Notes: generated from the letters alone by a model not told the origin. Positions 9,828 through 21,669 are shown, counted from the first letter of the stretch. The stretch is DNA of 64,000 nt from Treponemataceae bacterium (GCA_963677895.2 CAXXGJ010000025.1:288001-352000), one strand, 5' to 3'. Translations and numbers: made by a program.

Positions 9828-10265
9828 TCAGTCGGCTTTCTTGGCGGCTGCTGCCTTGGCTTTCTTTTCGGCCTTGCGCTTTTCGCGTTCCGCCTTCTTG
9901 TCGTCCTCTTTCCTGTCTACCAGCTCGAGGATCACCATATCGGCGCCGTCGTTGGCGCGAGCCCCAATCCTGAGGATCCTGGTGTAGCCGCCGGCCCTAT
10001 CCTTGAAACGGGGGCCGATGTCGGTGAAAAGCTTGGCGAGAATCGCCTCATCGGTGATCTTGCGTCCGATGATCCTGCGATTGTGGACCGAGTCTTCCTT
10101 TGCCCTGGTGATCATCTTTTCGGCGAGACGGCGGGTCTCGATAGCCTTGGCACGGGTGGTCTCGATGCGCTCGTGCTTGAAGAGGACCGTCGCCATATTC
10201 CTGAGAAGGGCTTTTCGGTGGGCCGATACCCTGTTCAGTTTGTTAAACCCGATTTTATGCTTCAT
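9828..10265 (-). CDS. rplQ: 50S ribosomal protein L17 with Lys/Ala-rich C-tail
   Basis: [29 protein letters not shown] motifs. Confidence 0.97.
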   Translation of the reverse strand: MKHKIGFNKLNRVSAHRKALLRNMATVLFKHERIETTRAKAIETRRLAEKMITRAKEDSVHNRRIIGRKITDEAILAKLFTDIGPRFKDRAGGYTRILRIGARANDGADMVILELVDRKEDDKKAEREKRKAEKKAKAAAAKKAD

Positions 10266-11310
10266 CAGTCTCTTCCTTCTTCATGCTGAGTTTTAGATAG
10301 TTTCTCAGGGGCGTGTAATCCGTCATGCCCAGGCTAAGATTCCATTCGCCGAGTTTCGCCTTGATCTCCAGGAGGGATTTCTTGCCGAAATTCCGGGTTT
10401 TGGTGATTTCTTCCTCGGTCTTCCGCGTCAGATCGCCAATGGTTTTGATATTGGCGTTCTTGAGGCAGTTGGAGGATCTCACGGAGAGCTCCAGCTCCTC
10501 GACGGGGGTGTTGAGGATCTGCCGCACCCTTTCTTCTATCTCATCGTTCTGTTCGTCGCCCGAAGCTTCGTCCTCATCGAAATTGATGAAGATCGAGAAA
10601 TGGTCCTTGGCGATCTTGGCCGCCTCGCCGAGAGCGTCCTCGGGGCGGGTAGTGCCGTCGGTCCAGATCTCCAGGTTCAGTTTATCGTAGTCCGAGCGCT
10701 GACCGACCCTGGTGGGTTCGATCGAATACTTTACCTTGGTTACCGGGGTAAAAATCGCGTCCATCGGAATGGTGCCCACGATTTCTATATACCGCTCGTT
10801 GACTTCGGCGGGGACGTAGCCCCTTCCCAAATCAACCTGGATCTCGATATCGAGGTGGACATCCTTATCCAGGGTCGCGATCTTGATCTCGGGATTCAAT
10901 ACCTCTATCGGCTTGTCGGCCGAGAAGAAAGATCCGCGGATCTCCTCGATACCCTGTACCTCGTAGAGGAAAGTGCCCTGTTCCTGGTCGTTGGGCAGGC
11001 GCACTCTCAGCTGCTTGAGGCTGTTCAGGAACTCTATAGTATCTTCCACCACGCCAGGGATGGTCTCGAATTCGCTGGTGACGATATGCTGGGCACCCTC
11101 GTCATCGTAACGCACAATCCTGACCGCGGTGATCGCATAGCCCTGGATGGACGAAAGCAGAATGCGGCGCAGGGTGTTTCCAACCGTTGTTCCATATCCA
11201 GGCTCGAAAGGATAGGCGATGAACTTTCCGTACGACGGCCCTGATTCGCTTTGCTCGTAGGTAATGCCCTTCGGCCTCTTGAAACCCTTGAGAAGGTTCT
11301 TCCGCGCCAT
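10255..11310 (-). CDS. rpoA: RNA polymerase alpha subunit
   Basis: [44 protein letters not shown]. Confidence 0.98.
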   Translation of the reverse strand: MARKNLLKGFKRPKGITYEQSESGPSYGKFIAYPFEPGYGTTVGNTLRRILLSSIQGYAITAVRIVRYDDEGAQHIVTSEFETIPGVVEDTIEFLNSLKQLRVRLPNDQEQGTFLYEVQGIEEIRGSFFSADKPIEVLNPEIKIATLDKDVHLDIEIQVDLGRGYVPAEVNERYIEIVGTIPMDAIFTPVTKVKYSIEPTRVGQRSDYDKLNLEIWTDGTTRPEDALGEAAKIAKDHFSIFINFDEDEASGDEQNDEIEERVRQILNTPVEELELSVRSSNCLKNANIKTIGDLTRKTEEEITKTRNFGKKSLLEIKAKLGEWNLSLGMTDYTPLRNYLKLSMKKEETDEA

Positions 11311-11319
11311 TTCGGCTCC

Positions 11320-11955
11320 TTATTTCGAGTAAAGCTCGACGACGAGCTGCTCGCGAATATCTGCCATATCGGTGATATCCTGGCGATGTGGGTAAGCGAC
11401 AAGGCGGCCGGCCATGTCGTCAGGATTGATCTCGATCCAGGGCATGGTGCCGGACTTGCCGACTTCCTGCAGAGCGTTCTTGATCATATCCAGCTTCTTC
11501 GCCTGTTCAACCACCGAAACCTTGTCCCCTGCTTTTACGGAGAAGGACGAGATGTTGACCCTCTTGCCGTTCACGGCTATATGGCCATGGCTTACGAGCT
11601 GGCGGGCCTGAGCGCGGGAGGTGGCAAGATGCATTCTATAGACCACATTGTCGAGCCTGCGCTCGAGCAATATGAAAAGGTTCTCGCCAGTCTTCCCGGG
11701 CATGGAGAGGGCTTTTTCGAAGGAATTGCGGAACTGCGCTTCCATGAGACCATAGGCTCTCTTGAGCGTCTGCTTCTCGCGGAGCTGAACGGCGTATTCC
11801 GACTTCTTGCCCATCCTGGCTTTCGGGGCCTTCCCGGGGGGGAGGCGTTTGCGGTTCACGGGGCATTTGTCGCTCTTGCAGCGGTCGCCCTTGAGGAAAA
11901 GTTTCTTCTGCTCGGTGCGGCAAAGCCTGCACACGGGTCCAATATAACGTGCCAT
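11320..11955 (-). CDS. rpsD: 30S ribosomal protein S4 (zinc-ribbon type)
   Basis: MARYIGPVCRLCR...KGDRCKSDKC, LERRLDNVVYR, LVVELYSK. Confidence 0.97.
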   Translation of the reverse strand: MARYIGPVCRLCRTEQKKLFLKGDRCKSDKCPVNRKRLPPGKAPKARMGKKSEYAVQLREKQTLKRAYGLMEAQFRNSFEKALSMPGKTGENLFILLERRLDNVVYRMHLATSRAQARQLVSHGHIAVNGKRVNISSFSVKAGDKVSVVEQAKKLDMIKNALQEVGKSGTMPWIEINPDDMAGRLVAYPHRQDITDMADIREQLVVELYSK

Positions 11956-11974
11956 ATGTTTTTCTAACCCCCTG

Positions 11975-12358
11975 TCAGATACGGCGAGCCTTTCTAGGCC
12001 TGCAACCATTATGGGGAATGGGTGTTACGTCGCTTATGGTTTTCACCTTAAGTCCAAGCGCACCCAACTGACGAATCGCAGATTCGCGTCCGATTCCAGG
12101 GCCCTTCACGAAGACATGGACTTCGCGGAGGCCACTGTTCATGGCTTTCTGCACTACAGTTTCCGCAACAGTCTGAGCGGCAAAGGGGGTAGATTTTTTC
12201 GCCCCTCTGAACTGATGCGTGCCTGAACTGGACCAAGCGATGGTATTGCCATTCAAGTCCGTGATCGTGATGATCGTGTTGTTGAAAGTCGCCTGGATAT
12301 AGACGTTGCCTTCGTAAACACTCTTCTTCTCTTTTCTTTTCTTCGTAGTAACTGCCAC
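11975..12358 (-). CDS. rpsK: 30S ribosomal protein S11
   Basis: [33 protein letters not shown] start. Confidence 0.97.
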   Translation of the reverse strand: MAVTTKKRKEKKSVYEGNVYIQATFNNTIITITDLNGNTIAWSSSGTHQFRGAKKSTPFAAQTVAETVVQKAMNSGLREVHVFVKGPGIGRESAIRQLGALGLKVKTISDVTPIPHNGCRPRKARRI

Positions 12359-12374
12359 TTTGGCGCCCCTTTAG

Positions 12375-12746
12375 TTATGCAGCCTTTTTCTTGTTGGCGA
12401 CAGTCTTGCGCTTGCCCTTTCTGGTGCGCGCATTCGTCCTGGTCCTCTGTCCGTTGACAGGAAGTCCCTTCCTGTGCCTTAGGCCACGGTAGCATCCGAT
12501 ATCCATGAGCCGCTTGATGTTGAGGGCGATTTCGGTGCGAAGACGACCTTCGACCTTGAAATCATTCTCTATCACCTTACGAAGCTCGTTGATCTCTTCG
12601 TTCGAAAGCTCATTGATCTTTTTATTGGGATCAATACCGGTGGTTTCGCAAATTTTTCTAGCGCTTGTCCTGCCCAAACCATAAATATATGTTAGGGCAA
12701 TTTCGACATGCTTGTTGGGGAGGTCAATTCCCGCTATACGTGCCAT
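12375..12746 (-). CDS. rpsM: 30S ribosomal protein S13
   Basis: [43 protein letters not shown]. Confidence 0.97.
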   Translation of the reverse strand: MARIAGIDLPNKHVEIALTYIYGLGRTSARKICETTGIDPNKKINELSNEEINELRKVIENDFKVEGRLRTEIALNIKRLMDIGCYRGLRHRKGLPVNGQRTRTNARTRKGKRKTVANKKKAA

Positions 12747-12763
12747 GAGATTCCTCCTGCCCT

Positions 12764-12877
12764 TCAGCCTTGCTTCTGTTTGTGCTTCGGGTTTTCGCAA
12801 ACGATCCTGACAATGCCATTCCTGCGAATGACCTTGCACTTGTCGCATATTTTCTTGACGCTCGTCCTGACCTTCAT
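12764..12877 (-). CDS. rpmJ: 50S ribosomal protein L36
   Basis: Hand-translated [37 protein letters not shown]; not in the ORF track. Confidence 0.96.
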   Translation of the reverse strand: MKVRTSVKKICDKCKVIRRNGIVRIVCENPKHKQKQG

Positions 12878-12942
12878 AGGTTCCCCTTATACGTCCGCGC
12901 AAAGCGCGGTCACGCAATTAAATACCATATTCCAAAAAATTT

Positions 12943-14265
12943 CTACAGGTTCCTGGCCTTGATGTGGCCTTTTCGGACCAGCCCATCATGGTGATGCATC
13001 TTGAGCAGGCCTTCCACCTGGGACATGGTGTCGAGATCGACACCCACCAGGATCAGAAGCGACGTACCTCCGAGAAGGTATGCCAGCTCGCTCGGGAACT
13101 TGAACAGCTGCTGGACCAGGCTCGGTATCAAGGCGATAAGCGCGAGGTACAGCGAGCCGGGCAGGATTATCCTGTTCAATATCCTGGAAAGATACTCTTC
13201 CATCTTCTCGCTTCTGATGCCGGGAATGGAGCCGCCATTCTCGCGGATGTTCTTGGAGATTTCCTGGGGATTCAGCGAAACCTGCGTATAGAAGTAAGCG
13301 AAGAAAATGATCAGCACAACGTAGAGAAGGTTGTACCAAAATCCGCTTGGCCTGAGCCAATAGGAGAAGTCCCTGAGCCACTTGGCCTGCACACCAAAAC
13401 TCTGAGCGATCTGCAGGGGGAATGTAAGAAGGCTCGACGCGAAAATAACTGGAATTACGCCAGACGGATTGATCTTGAAGGGGATGTAGGTGTTCTGCGC
13501 ACCGTACATCTTGCGTCCCACGACACGTTTGGCATAGTTGACCGGAATCTTTCTCTGTCCCTGCTGTTCAAGAACAACGAGGGCCACGATGCCTACGAAC
13601 ATGACGAGGACGACGATCGCGTAGACCGCGTTGAGCTCACCGGCCTGGATCTTCTTTATGAGTTCGAAGCTGGCGTTAGGAAGCCTTGCCACGATGCCCG
13701 CGAAGATCAGGATCGAGATGCCGTTGCCGATACCGCGCTTGGTGATCTGCTCGCCCATCCACACCAGGAACATAGTACCAGTAGTCACCGTCAGGATGGC
13801 GATCAGCGTATAGGCCAGTCTGTTGGACATTACGATGGCGTCCGGTATTCTGTCGGCGTATACCGTACTGGAATAGCCCTGGATCGCGCACACCACGAGG
13901 GTGCCGATCTTGGTCCAGCGAGCTATTTTCTTGCGGCCGCCGTCTTCCTCGGCGATGTTCTTCATCTTCGGGAAGACGATGAGAAGGAGCTGAATGATAA
14001 TCTGCGTACTGATGTAGGGCATGACTCCCATCATGAAGAGGGAGAAGTTCTTGAAAGCGCCGCCCGAGAAAAAGTCCAGATAATCAGTAATTCCGCTCGA
14101 TCCTCCGGCCTGGCTGGCGAAGTAAGACTGAAGCGCGCTGGCATTGATGCCCGGAATGGGCAGGTAAGCGCCGAGTCGAAACACGAACAGCCAGAAAAGT
14201 GTGAATAGTATCCTATCCTTGAGTTCTTTTATCCGGAAAATGTCTGTAAGCGGGTTCCCTGCCAT
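12943..14265 (-). CDS. secY: preprotein translocase SecY
   Basis: GVMPYIS, GEQITKRGIGNGIS, GVIPVIFASS, GGTSLLILVGV. Confidence 0.98.
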   Translation of the reverse strand: MAGNPLTDIFRIKELKDRILFTLFWLFVFRLGAYLPIPGINASALQSYFASQAGGSSGITDYLDFFSGGAFKNFSLFMMGVMPYISTQIIIQLLLIVFPKMKNIAEEDGGRKKIARWTKIGTLVVCAIQGYSSTVYADRIPDAIVMSNRLAYTLIAILTVTTGTMFLVWMGEQITKRGIGNGISILIFAGIVARLPNASFELIKKIQAGELNAVYAIVVLVMFVGIVALVVLEQQGQRKIPVNYAKRVVGRKMYGAQNTYIPFKINPSGVIPVIFASSLLTFPLQIAQSFGVQAKWLRDFSYWLRPSGFWYNLLYVVLIIFFAYFYTQVSLNPQEISKNIRENGGSIPGIRSEKMEEYLSRILNRIILPGSLYLALIALIPSLVQQLFKFPSELAYLLGGTSLLILVGVDLDTMSQVEGLLKMHHHDGLVRKGHIKARNL

Positions 14266-14289
14266 GCATTCCTGCCTTTACCGGAGCCT

Positions 14290-14763
14290 TCAGGCTTCCG
14301 TAGCCGAACCCATTGCCGTGGGTGTTTCGACTTTTCCGCCGGCCGCTTCGATTTTAGCTTTGGCACCGGCTGAGATGGCATCGACGCTTACGTTCAGCGC
14401 GATGGATATGCTTCCGTTGCCGAGCACTTTGATGAGCTGCTCGGGTTTCCTGATAAGGCCTTTCAGCAGAAGGGAAACGGCGTCCACCGTCTCTCCCGCC
14501 GTGAATTTCAGGACCAGATCTTCGATATTGACGATCTGCCATTCCTTCCTGAAAGGATAATTGGAGAACCCGCGGTGAGGAAGCCGCCTGTAGAGAGGCA
14601 TCTGGCCGCCCTCGAAACCGGGATAGGTCTTGCCGCCGGAGCGCGACTGCTGGCCTTTGTTGCCTCGTCCAGCCGTCGTTCCTCTACCGGAACCCGTGCC
14701 TCGCCCAATGATTCTCTTCTTCTTGTTGGCACCTTCCGGCGCGTGGAGCAGATAATCGGACAT
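14290..14763 (-). CDS. rplO: 50S ribosomal protein L15
   Basis: GRGTGSGRGTTAGRGNKGQ, FEGGQMPLYRRLP; TGATG overlap with rpmD. Confidence 0.97.
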   Translation of the reverse strand: MSDYLLHAPEGANKKKRIIGRGTGSGRGTTAGRGNKGQQSRSGGKTYPGFEGGQMPLYRRLPHRGFSNYPFRKEWQIVNIEDLVLKFTAGETVDAVSLLLKGLIRKPEQLIKVLGNGSISIALNVSVDAISAGAKAKIEAAGGKVETPTAMGSATEA

Positions 14764-14945
14764 CACTCTACCTCCTTCGCCGAAACGAGATGGTGTACTG
14801 TGTTGACCATGCCGAGTATGGCAGGTGTCGCTTCCTTGATGGTCGAAGACCCGATCTTCCGCAGGCCGAGGGACCTGACGGTTGCCCTCATGACCGGCTT
14901 CTGATGGATGGTGCTTCGAACAAGGGTTATTTGTATCTTTGCCAT
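14763..14945 (-). CDS. rpmD: 50S ribosomal protein L30
   Basis: IQITLVRSTI...LGLRKIG...GMVNTVHHLV; position between rpsE and rplO. Confidence 0.95.
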   Translation of the reverse strand: MAKIQITLVRSTIHQKPVMRATVRSLGLRKIGSSTIKEATPAILGMVNTVHHLVSAKEVE

Positions 14946-14947
14946 GA

Positions 14948-15460
14948 TTAGCCCCACATATCCTTGAGCGATTTACCGCGGTTTTTAGCCACGGTCTTCG
15001 CGTCCAGCAAGTTCTCCGCCCCGTTGAATACGGCGCGGACGATGTTCATCGAGTTTCTGGAACCGATGCACTTGGAAATGACGTCGGTGTAACCCGCCGC
15101 TTCCATGATGGCGCGTACGGGACCGCCCGCGATGACGCCCGAACCGGAAACCGCCGGCTTGATGAGCACTTCGGTCGCCTTGTACTTCCCTACGATCTCG
15201 TGAGGAAGCGTGCCGTTCTTGACGGGCACATGGACGATGGCCCTTTTGGCCTTGTCGACCGACTTGCGGATAGCTTCCGTGACGTCGTTCGCCTTTCCGA
15301 AGCCGAAGCCCACATTGCCCTGGTGATCACCAACCACGGTGAGCGCCGAGAATGAGAAGCGCCTGCCGCCCTTGACGACTTTCGCCGTCCTGTTCAGCTG
15401 GACCAGCTTCTCCGTAAAATTATCGCGTGGCTGCGAGTCTTCTCTTCTGTTTCTGTCCAC
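14948..15460 (-). CDS. rpsE: 30S ribosomal protein S5
   Basis: NRTAKVVKGGRRFSF, GVIAGGPVRA. Confidence 0.97.
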   Translation of the reverse strand: MDRNRREDSQPRDNFTEKLVQLNRTAKVVKGGRRFSFSALTVVGDHQGNVGFGFGKANDVTEAIRKSVDKAKRAIVHVPVKNGTLPHEIVGKYKATEVLIKPAVSGSGVIAGGPVRAIMEAAGYTDVISKCIGSRNSMNIVRAVFNGAENLLDAKTVAKNRGKSLKDMWG

Positions 15461-15469
15461 GGAAGCCCC

Positions 15470-15835
15470 CTAGAATGTAATCCCGGCTTTGCGGGCACCA
15501 TCGGCAATCGCCTTGATAATCCCGTGATACTTGTAACCATTCCTGTCGAACACGACAGTCTTGATTCCTTTCTCAAGGAGCCTTTTGCCGATTTCCTCGC
15601 CCAGTTTGCCGCCGCCTTCGACGTTCCTCGCGATTTCCTTGAGGGACTTCTCGACGGTGGATGCGCATGCGATGGTGTTTCCGACGGAGTCGTCGATCAC
15701 CTGCACGTACATGTGGACGTTCGACTTGAACACGCTCATGCGCGGCCTTTCCGTTGTTCCGGAAATGGACTTCCGGACCGATACCTTGCGCTTAGCGCGC
15801 TTTCTCAATTTGTCGTCAAGTTCTTTTACGCTCAT
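15470..15835 (-). CDS. rplR: 50S ribosomal protein L18
   Basis: RPRMSVFKSN, VVFDRNGYKYHG. Confidence 0.97.
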   Translation of the reverse strand: MSVKELDDKLRKRAKRKVSVRKSISGTTERPRMSVFKSNVHMYVQVIDDSVGNTIACASTVEKSLKEIARNVEGGGKLGEEIGKRLLEKGIKTVVFDRNGYKYHGIIKAIADGARKAGITF

Positions 15836-15845
15836 TACCTGCGCC

Positions 15846-16388
15846 TCACTTCACACCGGTCTTTCCGACCTTCCTGCGAATCTTCTCGTCCTCGTACCTG
15901 ATGCCCTTGCCCTTGTAAGGCTCGGGTCTTCTGAGGGACCTCACCTCGCTGGCAAACTTGCCAAGGAGAGCGAAGTCGGCGCCCGCAATGAGCACCTTCT
16001 GGCCGTTCGCCTCGATTGTCACGGAGAGTCCCTGCGGGATCATCACCATGAAATCGTTCGAATAGCCGAGGCTCATGACGAGGAAATTGCCCTGCACTTC
16101 GGCACGGTAGCCGACGCCGTTTACGATCAGGGCTTTCTTGAAGCCCTGGGATACGCCAGTCACCATGTTGTTCAGAAGACTGCGATAGAGACCATGGTAG
16201 GCTCCCGCCTGCTTGGATTCATGCAGCTTCTTGACAATGATGGCGCCATCCTCAACGACGATTTCGACTTCAGGAAGATACTCCTGAGAAAGTTTTCCCT
16301 TCGGCCCCTCTACCGTCACATTGGTGGGAGTAATATTGACTTTAACTCCCTGCGGTATCTGGACCGGCCGTATTCCGATTCTCGACAT
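15846..16388 (-). CDS. rplF: 50S ribosomal protein L6
   Basis: [23 protein letters not shown]. Confidence 0.97.
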   Translation of the reverse strand: MSRIGIRPVQIPQGVKVNITPTNVTVEGPKGKLSQEYLPEVEIVVEDGAIIVKKLHESKQAGAYHGLYRSLLNNMVTGVSQGFKKALIVNGVGYRAEVQGNFLVMSLGYSNDFMVMIPQGLSVTIEANGQKVLIAGADFALLGKFASEVRSLRRPEPYKGKGIRYEDEKIRRKVGKTGVK

Positions 16389-16404
16389 AGCTGTTCCCCT
16401 AGAA

Positions 16405-16803
16405 TTACCAGACCGTGCAGATAAGCTCACCGCCCATCTGCTTCTCGACGGCTTTCCTTCCGGTGATAATTCCGCCGGAAGTGGAAATTATCAGGGTGCC
16501 GTAACCGTTGAAAACACGTGGAAGTTCCTTGTACCCGGAATAGACTCGCCTGCCCGGCTTGGACACTTTGTTCATGCCGTGGAGAACGGGATCATTTCCT
16601 TCATCGTACTTGAGGAATATCCTGATAATGTTGTAGCCGTCAGCTTGAATCTTCTTGAAATTCTTTATATAGCCCTCAGTCTTGAGTATCTTGACGATTT
16701 CAAGCTTGAGTTTGGAGGCCATAATATCGACCTTCTCATGACGGGCCGCACTTGCGTTGCGGATCTTTGTCAGCATGTCCGCGATGGGATCAGAAACGCT
16801 CAT
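16405..16803 (-). CDS. rpsH: 30S ribosomal protein S8
   Basis: [30 protein letters not shown]. Confidence 0.97.
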   Translation of the reverse strand: MSVSDPIADMLTKIRNASAARHEKVDIMASKLKLEIVKILKTEGYIKNFKKIQADGYNIIRIFLKYDEGNDPVLHGMNKVSKPGRRVYSGYKELPRVFNGYGTLIISTSGGIITGRKAVEKQMGGELICTVW

Positions 16804-16812
16804 CGCTACCTC

Positions 16813-16998
16813 CTACCAGCTCGACTTCGTCACGCCCGGAATCTTGCCTTCGGAAGCAAGCTTCCTGAAGCAAATTCGGCACATGTCGAATTTTCTCATA
16901 TAACCCCTAGCTCTTCCACAGATATTGCAGCGTCGAACCAAACGGGTCATGTACTTCGGCTTTTTTTCAGCCTTAAGAATCATCGCCTTACGAGCCAT
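16813..16998 (-). CDS. rpsN: 30S ribosomal protein S14, zinc-binding short type
   Basis: RCNICGR...CRICFR...IPGVTKSSW, 61 aa. Confidence 0.96.
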   Translation of the reverse strand: MARKAMILKAEKKPKYMTRLVRRCNICGRARGYMRKFDMCRICFRKLASEGKIPGVTKSSW

Positions 16999-17009
16999 GT
17001 ACGCCTTCC

Positions 17010-17708
17010 TTACTTTCTGAAGGGCATGCCCAACATGCCGAGAAGGCTTTTCGCCTCCCTGTCGGTCTTCGCGGTCGTGACGATCGCGATATTGAGTCCC
17101 ATCACCTTTTCGATCTTGTCAAAGTCGATCTCCGGGAAAATAATCTGCTCGTTGAGTCCGAGCGAGTAGTTTCCATGGCCATCGAACGCGTTCGCATTGA
17201 CACCCCTGAAGTCCTTAACGCGAGGAAGCGCGACATTCATGAGTCTGTCGAGGAATTCCCACATATAGGCGCCCCTGAGGGTAACGCGGCAGCCGATTTC
17301 CTGACCCTGCCTGATCTTGAAGTTCGCGATTGCCTTCCTGGCCTTCGTCTTCACGGCATGCTGGCCCGTGATGATTTCCAGATCGGCGACGGCGGCGTCG
17401 AGAATCTTCTTATTCTCCTTCGCTTCGCCGACACCCATCGAGACGATTACCTTGACGACTCGCGGAACCTGCATGAAGGATTCATAGCCCATCTCCTTGA
17501 AGAGTTCGGGAGCTACCTTTTCCTTGTAGATCTTCTTGAGTCTGGGCGGAGTGGCTTTCTCGGTGGTCTTGGGCTCATCCTTGGCTTTGGGCTGGGCCTT
17601 CGCCTTGGCCTTGGCTTCCGCCTTGGCTTTACCTTCGGCCTTGGCTTTGGCTACGTCCTTGGACACGTCCTTGGACGAGGCTTCCGCCTTGTCTTTCTCT
17701 TCAGCCAT
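17010..17708 (-). CDS. rplE: 50S ribosomal protein L5 with about 50-aa Ala/Lys/Glu-rich N-terminal extension
   Basis: [31 protein letters not shown] 17708 overlaps the rplX stop (TGATG). Confidence 0.95.
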   Translation of the reverse strand: MAEEKDKAEASSKDVSKDVAKAKAEGKAKAEAKAKAKAQPKAKDEPKTTEKATPPRLKKIYKEKVAPELFKEMGYESFMQVPRVVKVIVSMGVGEAKENKKILDAAVADLEIITGQHAVKTKARKAIANFKIRQGQEIGCRVTLRGAYMWEFLDRLMNVALPRVKDFRGVNANAFDGHGNYSLGLNEQIIFPEIDFDKIEKVMGLNIAIVTTAKTDREAKSLLGMLGMPFRK

Positions 17709-18025
17709 CAGAGCACCTCCCCGCATTTCCGGCACACCCTTTTCTTGGTGTCGCCGTCGATTTTGTATCCGATTTTCACGGGACCACACTTCTTGCATAC
17801 GATCATGACATTGGAAATGTCGATGGCCGCTTCGATCTCGGCGATGCCGCCGCGATCCTGCTGGTTCTTCTTCTTCATGGCTTTCTTGATCATGTTGAGA
17901 CCAGCCACGATGACTCTGCCCTTTTCGCGGTCAATCTTCAGGATCTTGCCCTGCTTACCCTTGTCCTTGCCGGTTATGACCTGGACAAGGTCCTCTTTCC
18001 GGAGCTTGTACTTAACGTCGGCCAT
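17708..18025 (-). CDS. rplX: 50S ribosomal protein L24
   Basis: KOW motif [20 protein letters not shown]. Confidence 0.96.
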   Translation of the reverse strand: MADVKYKLRKEDLVQVITGKDKGKQGKILKIDREKGRVIVAGLNMIKKAMKKKNQQDRGGIAEIEAAIDISNVMIVCKKCGPVKIGYKIDGDTKKRVCRKCGEVL

Positions 18026-18034
18026 ATCCTCTCC

Positions 18035-18403
18035 TTACAGGACCTCGGGGGCCAGAGAAACGATTTTCATATAATCTTTTTCCCTGAGCTCTCGGGCAAC
18101 CGGTCCGAAGATGCGTTTGCCTTTCGGATTTTTGTTCGCATCGATGACCACGCAAGCGTTGTCGTCGAAACGAATATACGTACCATCAGGGCGCCTGTAT
18201 TCTTTGTGCGTCCTTACAATTACCGCCTTCTCGATCGTGCCCTTCTTTATGGAAGAATTGGGGAGGGCAGATTTTACGGCCACGACGATGATGTCGCCGA
18301 CTGAGGCGTACCTGCGACGCGTACCACCCAGCACTTTAATGCACTGGACAGTCTTCGCGCCCGAGTTGTCAGCGACCGTGAGCATGCTTTCCACTTGAAT
18401 CAT
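18035..18403 (-). CDS. rplN: 50S ribosomal protein L14
   Basis: MIQ...[32 protein letters not shown]. Confidence 0.97.
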   Translation of the reverse strand: MIQVESMLTVADNSGAKTVQCIKVLGGTRRRYASVGDIIVVAVKSALPNSSIKKGTIEKAVIVRTHKEYRRPDGTYIRFDDNACVVIDANKNPKGKRIFGPVARELREKDYMKIVSLAPEVL

Positions 18404-18420
18404 ATATGTCTCCCGTTCGC

Positions 18421-18693
18421 CTATTTCGCCCGCTCGACGATTTCGATCAATCTCCAGTGTTTGTCGCGGGAAAGGGGTCTGCACTCCTCTACCCTGACCT
18501 TATCACCGATATGAGCCTCGTTCTTTTCGTCGTGCGCCTTCACCTTCTTGGACCTGGTCACGTACTTCTTGTACAGCGGGTGAAGCTTCCGCATCATGAC
18601 TTCGACAACGATGGTCTTATCCATCTTGTCGGACTTCACGACACCCTGAAACACCAGCTTTCCCTTTTTCTCATTCTGAACGTCGGTATCCAC
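18421..18693 (-). CDS. rpsQ: 30S ribosomal protein S17
   Basis: [27 protein letters not shown]. Confidence 0.96.
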   Translation of the reverse strand: MDTDVQNEKKGKLVFQGVVKSDKMDKTIVVEVMMRKLHPLYKKYVTRSKKVKAHDEKNEAHIGDKVRVEECRPLSRDKHWRLIEIVERAK

Positions 18694-18711
18694 GATATTC
18701 TCCTCGGGCCC

Positions 18712-18921
18712 TTACGCCTGTTCGCCGACAGCGGGTGTGCGCTTCGCCTGGTTAATGAGGGTCTCCACGCGCGCGATCTGGCGGCGGATATTCCTCTTTG
18801 CGAGCGGGTTTTCGACATGTCCCACCACCATCTGGAAGCGGAGGTCGAAATACTTCTTCCTGAGGTCCTCGCGCTTGGCGAGAAGCTCCTCGAATTTCAG
18901 CTCTTTAAACGAATTTTTCAT
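18712..18921 (-). CDS. rpmC: 50S ribosomal protein L29
   Basis: YFDLRFQ...ENP...RRQIARVET. Confidence 0.95.
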   Translation of the reverse strand: MKNSFKELKFEELLAKREDLRKKYFDLRFQMVVGHVENPLAKRNIRRQIARVETLINQAKRTPAVGEQA

Positions 18922-18925
18922 CGTC

Positions 18926-19342
18926 TTACTCCGTTTCCGCGCGCATGGCAAATCTGGTCTTGACCGGAAGCTTCGATCCGGCAAGCCTCATCGCTTCTTC
19001 TGCGATCTTAGGTTCTACGCCGGAAAGTTCGAAGAGAACGGTTCCCGGGCGAACGACCGCGACCCAGTATTCCGGTCCCGGCTTTCCTTTTCCCATACGG
19101 GTTTCAAGGGGGTGCTTGGAAAATGGCTTGTCCGGGAAAATCCTTACCCAGAGCTTGCCGCCTCTCTTGATGTAGCGGTTCAAAGCGACACGGGCCGCTT
19201 CGATCTGCCTGTTGGTGAGCCATTCGGGCTCGAGGCAGATAAGGCCGTATTCGCCAAACGCTATAGTGTTGCCGCGCTGCGCGTTTCCATTCACTCTTCC
19301 GCGCTGCTGCTTCCTGTATTTTACTCTCTTGGGTAAAAGCAT
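18926..19342 (-). CDS. rplP: 50S ribosomal protein L16
   Basis: [24 protein letters not shown]. Confidence 0.97.
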   Translation of the reverse strand: MLLPKRVKYRKQQRGRVNGNAQRGNTIAFGEYGLICLEPEWLTNRQIEAARVALNRYIKRGGKLWVRIFPDKPFSKHPLETRMGKGKPGPEYWVAVVRPGTVLFELSGVEPKIAEEAMRLAGSKLPVKTRFAMRAETE

Positions 19343-19345
19343 ACC

Positions 19346-20149
19346 TTAGCTCCTTGCCCGATCGTCAGTTCTGGGAGCATCGCTGCGGGGTGCAGCGGGG
19401 CGTCGCGGTCGGCGATCTCCGCCTTCCCTTCTCTCGCCCCTCGGTTCCGCCGAAGCGCCGGCCGGTTCTCTCCTGGCTTTGCGCGCAAGCATGCCCGCAT
19501 CTTCGTTCTTGTCGGCCGAGTACACCATGCCCTGATAGATCCAAACCTTCACGCCAATCTTGCCGAAGGTGGTCTGCGATTCCGCGAAACCGTAGTCGAT
19601 GTCGGCGCGGAGGGTATGGAGGGGAATGCGCCCTTCCTTGAGTTCCTCCGTCCTGGACATATCCGCGCCGCCCAAGCGGCCGGAAACGCGGATCTTGCAG
19701 CCCTGGGCTCCGCCCTTGATCGCGTTGGAAATGGACATCTTGAGCGCCTTGCGGAAGGAACCGCGTCCCTCGAGCTGGCGGGCGATATTCTGCGCCACGA
19801 TTTGCGCGTTGGTATCGGTTTTCTTGATTTCCTTGATCTTTATCTGAACCTTTTTGGAGGCGATCTTCTGAATCTCAAGGCCGATTTTTTCTATGTTCGC
19901 GCCCTTGATGCCAATAAGCACACCGGGTCTCGCGGTATGGATAATGACGGTAATGCGCTGCGGATGGCGAATGATCTCGATTTCGGCCACGTCGGCGCCC
20001 TTTACCTCGGGCAGTTCAAGAATGCGCTTGCGGATATGAAGATCCTCATGGAGGGTCTTGGCATAATCGCGCGGCTCAACATACCACCTGGAACTCCAGT
20101 CTTTGTTGATTCCGATGCGCAGTCCGATTGGATTTACTTTATTGCCCAC
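19346..20149 (-). CDS. rpsC: 30S ribosomal protein S3 with Arg-rich C-terminal tail
   Basis: [37 protein letters not shown]. Confidence 0.97.
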   Translation of the reverse strand: MGNKVNPIGLRIGINKDWSSRWYVEPRDYAKTLHEDLHIRKRILELPEVKGADVAEIEIIRHPQRITVIIHTARPGVLIGIKGANIEKIGLEIQKIASKKVQIKIKEIKKTDTNAQIVAQNIARQLEGRGSFRKALKMSISNAIKGGAQGCKIRVSGRLGGADMSRTEELKEGRIPLHTLRADIDYGFAESQTTFGKIGVKVWIYQGMVYSADKNEDAGMLARKARREPAGASAEPRGERREGGDRRPRRPAAPRSDAPRTDDRARS

Positions 20150-20150
20150 C

Positions 20151-20516
20151 TTACGCCTCCGACTTCTTGCCGATTTCTTCGACTACGCAGGTAATATGGC
20201 ACATCCTCTTGATGAGCATATCAGCCCTGCCGCGAGCGCGGAACCAAACCCTGCGCATCTTCGGACCTTCGTCGATCCTCAGCTCCTTGACGTAAAGCAT
20301 GTCTTCGCCGAGCTTGCGGTTTTTGTTGAGCGCGTTGGACGCAGCAGATACCATAACTTTCTTGATGAGCCTGGCGCCCTTCTGCGGCATATTGTCGAGA
20401 ATGGCTATGGCATCGGTGTAGGGCTTCTCCCTTATAAGATCCGCCACTGGGCGAATCTTGAAAGGCGATCCCATGAGCCATTTTGCCGTTGCTCGGTAAC
20501 CGGTCTTTTCAATCAT
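20151..20516 (-). CDS. rplV: 50S ribosomal protein L22
   Basis: [25 protein letters not shown]. Confidence 0.96.
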   Translation of the reverse strand: MIEKTGYRATAKWLMGSPFKIRPVADLIREKPYTDAIAILDNMPQKGARLIKKVMVSAASNALNKNRKLGEDMLYVKELRIDEGPKMRRVWFRARGRADMLIKRMCHITCVVEEIGKKSEA

Positions 20517-20526
20517 GGTCACACCC

Positions 20527-20808
20527 CTATTTCTTCTCGGCTTTTTTGTCGCTTCCCGCATGACCGCGGAAAATCCTGGTGGGAGCGAACTCGCCGAGCT
20601 TGTGACCGACCAGGTTCTCGGTCACATAGACCGGGACCCACGTCTTGCCGTTATATACTGAGATTGTCTGTCCGACCATTTCAGGAATGATCGTCGAAGT
20701 CCTGGAGTAGGTCTTCACCATTTTCTTGTCTCCGGACTTGCTTCCCTCAGTCACTTTCTTGTACAGGCTCTTCTCGATGAAGGGCCCCTTCTTTACGGAC
20801 CTTGACAC
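20527..20808 (-). CDS. rpsS: 30S ribosomal protein S19
   Basis: GTG start, [20 protein letters not shown]. Confidence 0.96.
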   Translation of the reverse strand: MSRSVKKGPFIEKSLYKKVTEGSKSGDKKMVKTYSRTSTIIPEMVGQTISVYNGKTWVPVYVTENLVGHKLGEFAPTRIFRGHAGSDKKAEKK

Positions 20809-20821
20809 GAGTGTGCTCCTC

Positions 20822-21652
20822 TTACTTGCGGCGCTTCGTGATGAAGCGGCCAGACGGCTTGTGCGTATCGCGCGTCTTGTAACCTTTCGCCGGCTGTCCC
20901 CATGGAGACACAGGCTGCTTGAATCCCTTACCACGACCCTCACCACCGCCATGCGGGTGATCGACAGGGTTCATGACCGTACCGCGGACCGTGGGCCTGA
21001 TGCCCCTCCACCTGTTACGGCCGGCCTTGCCGACACGCTCGTTCATGTGCTCTTCGTTACCGACGGTTCCGATGGTGGCGATGCATTTCTTGAACACCAT
21101 GCGAAGCTCGCCGGAAGGCAGCCTGAGGACGATATAATCGCCTTCGATACCGGCCAGGAGAGCGTTGGCTCCGGCTGAACGGGCAAGCTGCCCGCCCTTG
21201 CCGAGGGTGAGCTCGACGTTATGCACCGTGAAGCCCAACGGGATGTTCTCCAAAGGAAGCGCGTTGCCTACTTCGAGAGCGGCCGTCGGGCCGGACATGA
21301 TCTTCTGTCCGACCTTGAGTCCTTTCGGGCTGATGATGTAGCGCTTCTCGCCGTCCGCATAGACCACGAGGGCGATGTTGGAGCTTCGGTTGGGATCATA
21401 TTCGATGCCGGAGACGGTGCCAGGGATTCCAAACTTGTCGCGTTTGAAATCGATGACCCTGTACTTCTGCTTATGACCGCCGCCCTGATGTCGAACGGAG
21501 ATGCGCCCGTTGGAAGCGCGTCCGCCCCTGCTCGACTTACCCTTGGTAAGGGATTTTTCGGGATTGCTCCGATTCTCGGTAATTTCTTCGTTCGTCACCT
21601 GTACCCGGTGACGCAGACCCGGCGTTAAGGGTCTGAAAGTCTTAATACCCAT
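20822..21652 (-). CDS. rplB: 50S ribosomal protein L2
   Basis: [28 protein letters not shown]. Confidence 0.98.
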   Translation of the reverse strand: MGIKTFRPLTPGLRHRVQVTNEEITENRSNPEKSLTKGKSSRGGRASNGRISVRHQGGGHKQKYRVIDFKRDKFGIPGTVSGIEYDPNRSSNIALVVYADGEKRYIISPKGLKVGQKIMSGPTAALEVGNALPLENIPLGFTVHNVELTLGKGGQLARSAGANALLAGIEGDYIVLRLPSGELRMVFKKCIATIGTVGNEEHMNERVGKAGRNRWRGIRPTVRGTVMNPVDHPHGGGEGRGKGFKQPVSPWGQPAKGYKTRDTHKPSGRFITKRRK

Positions 21653-21669
21653 ATATTCCCCTTACTTCC

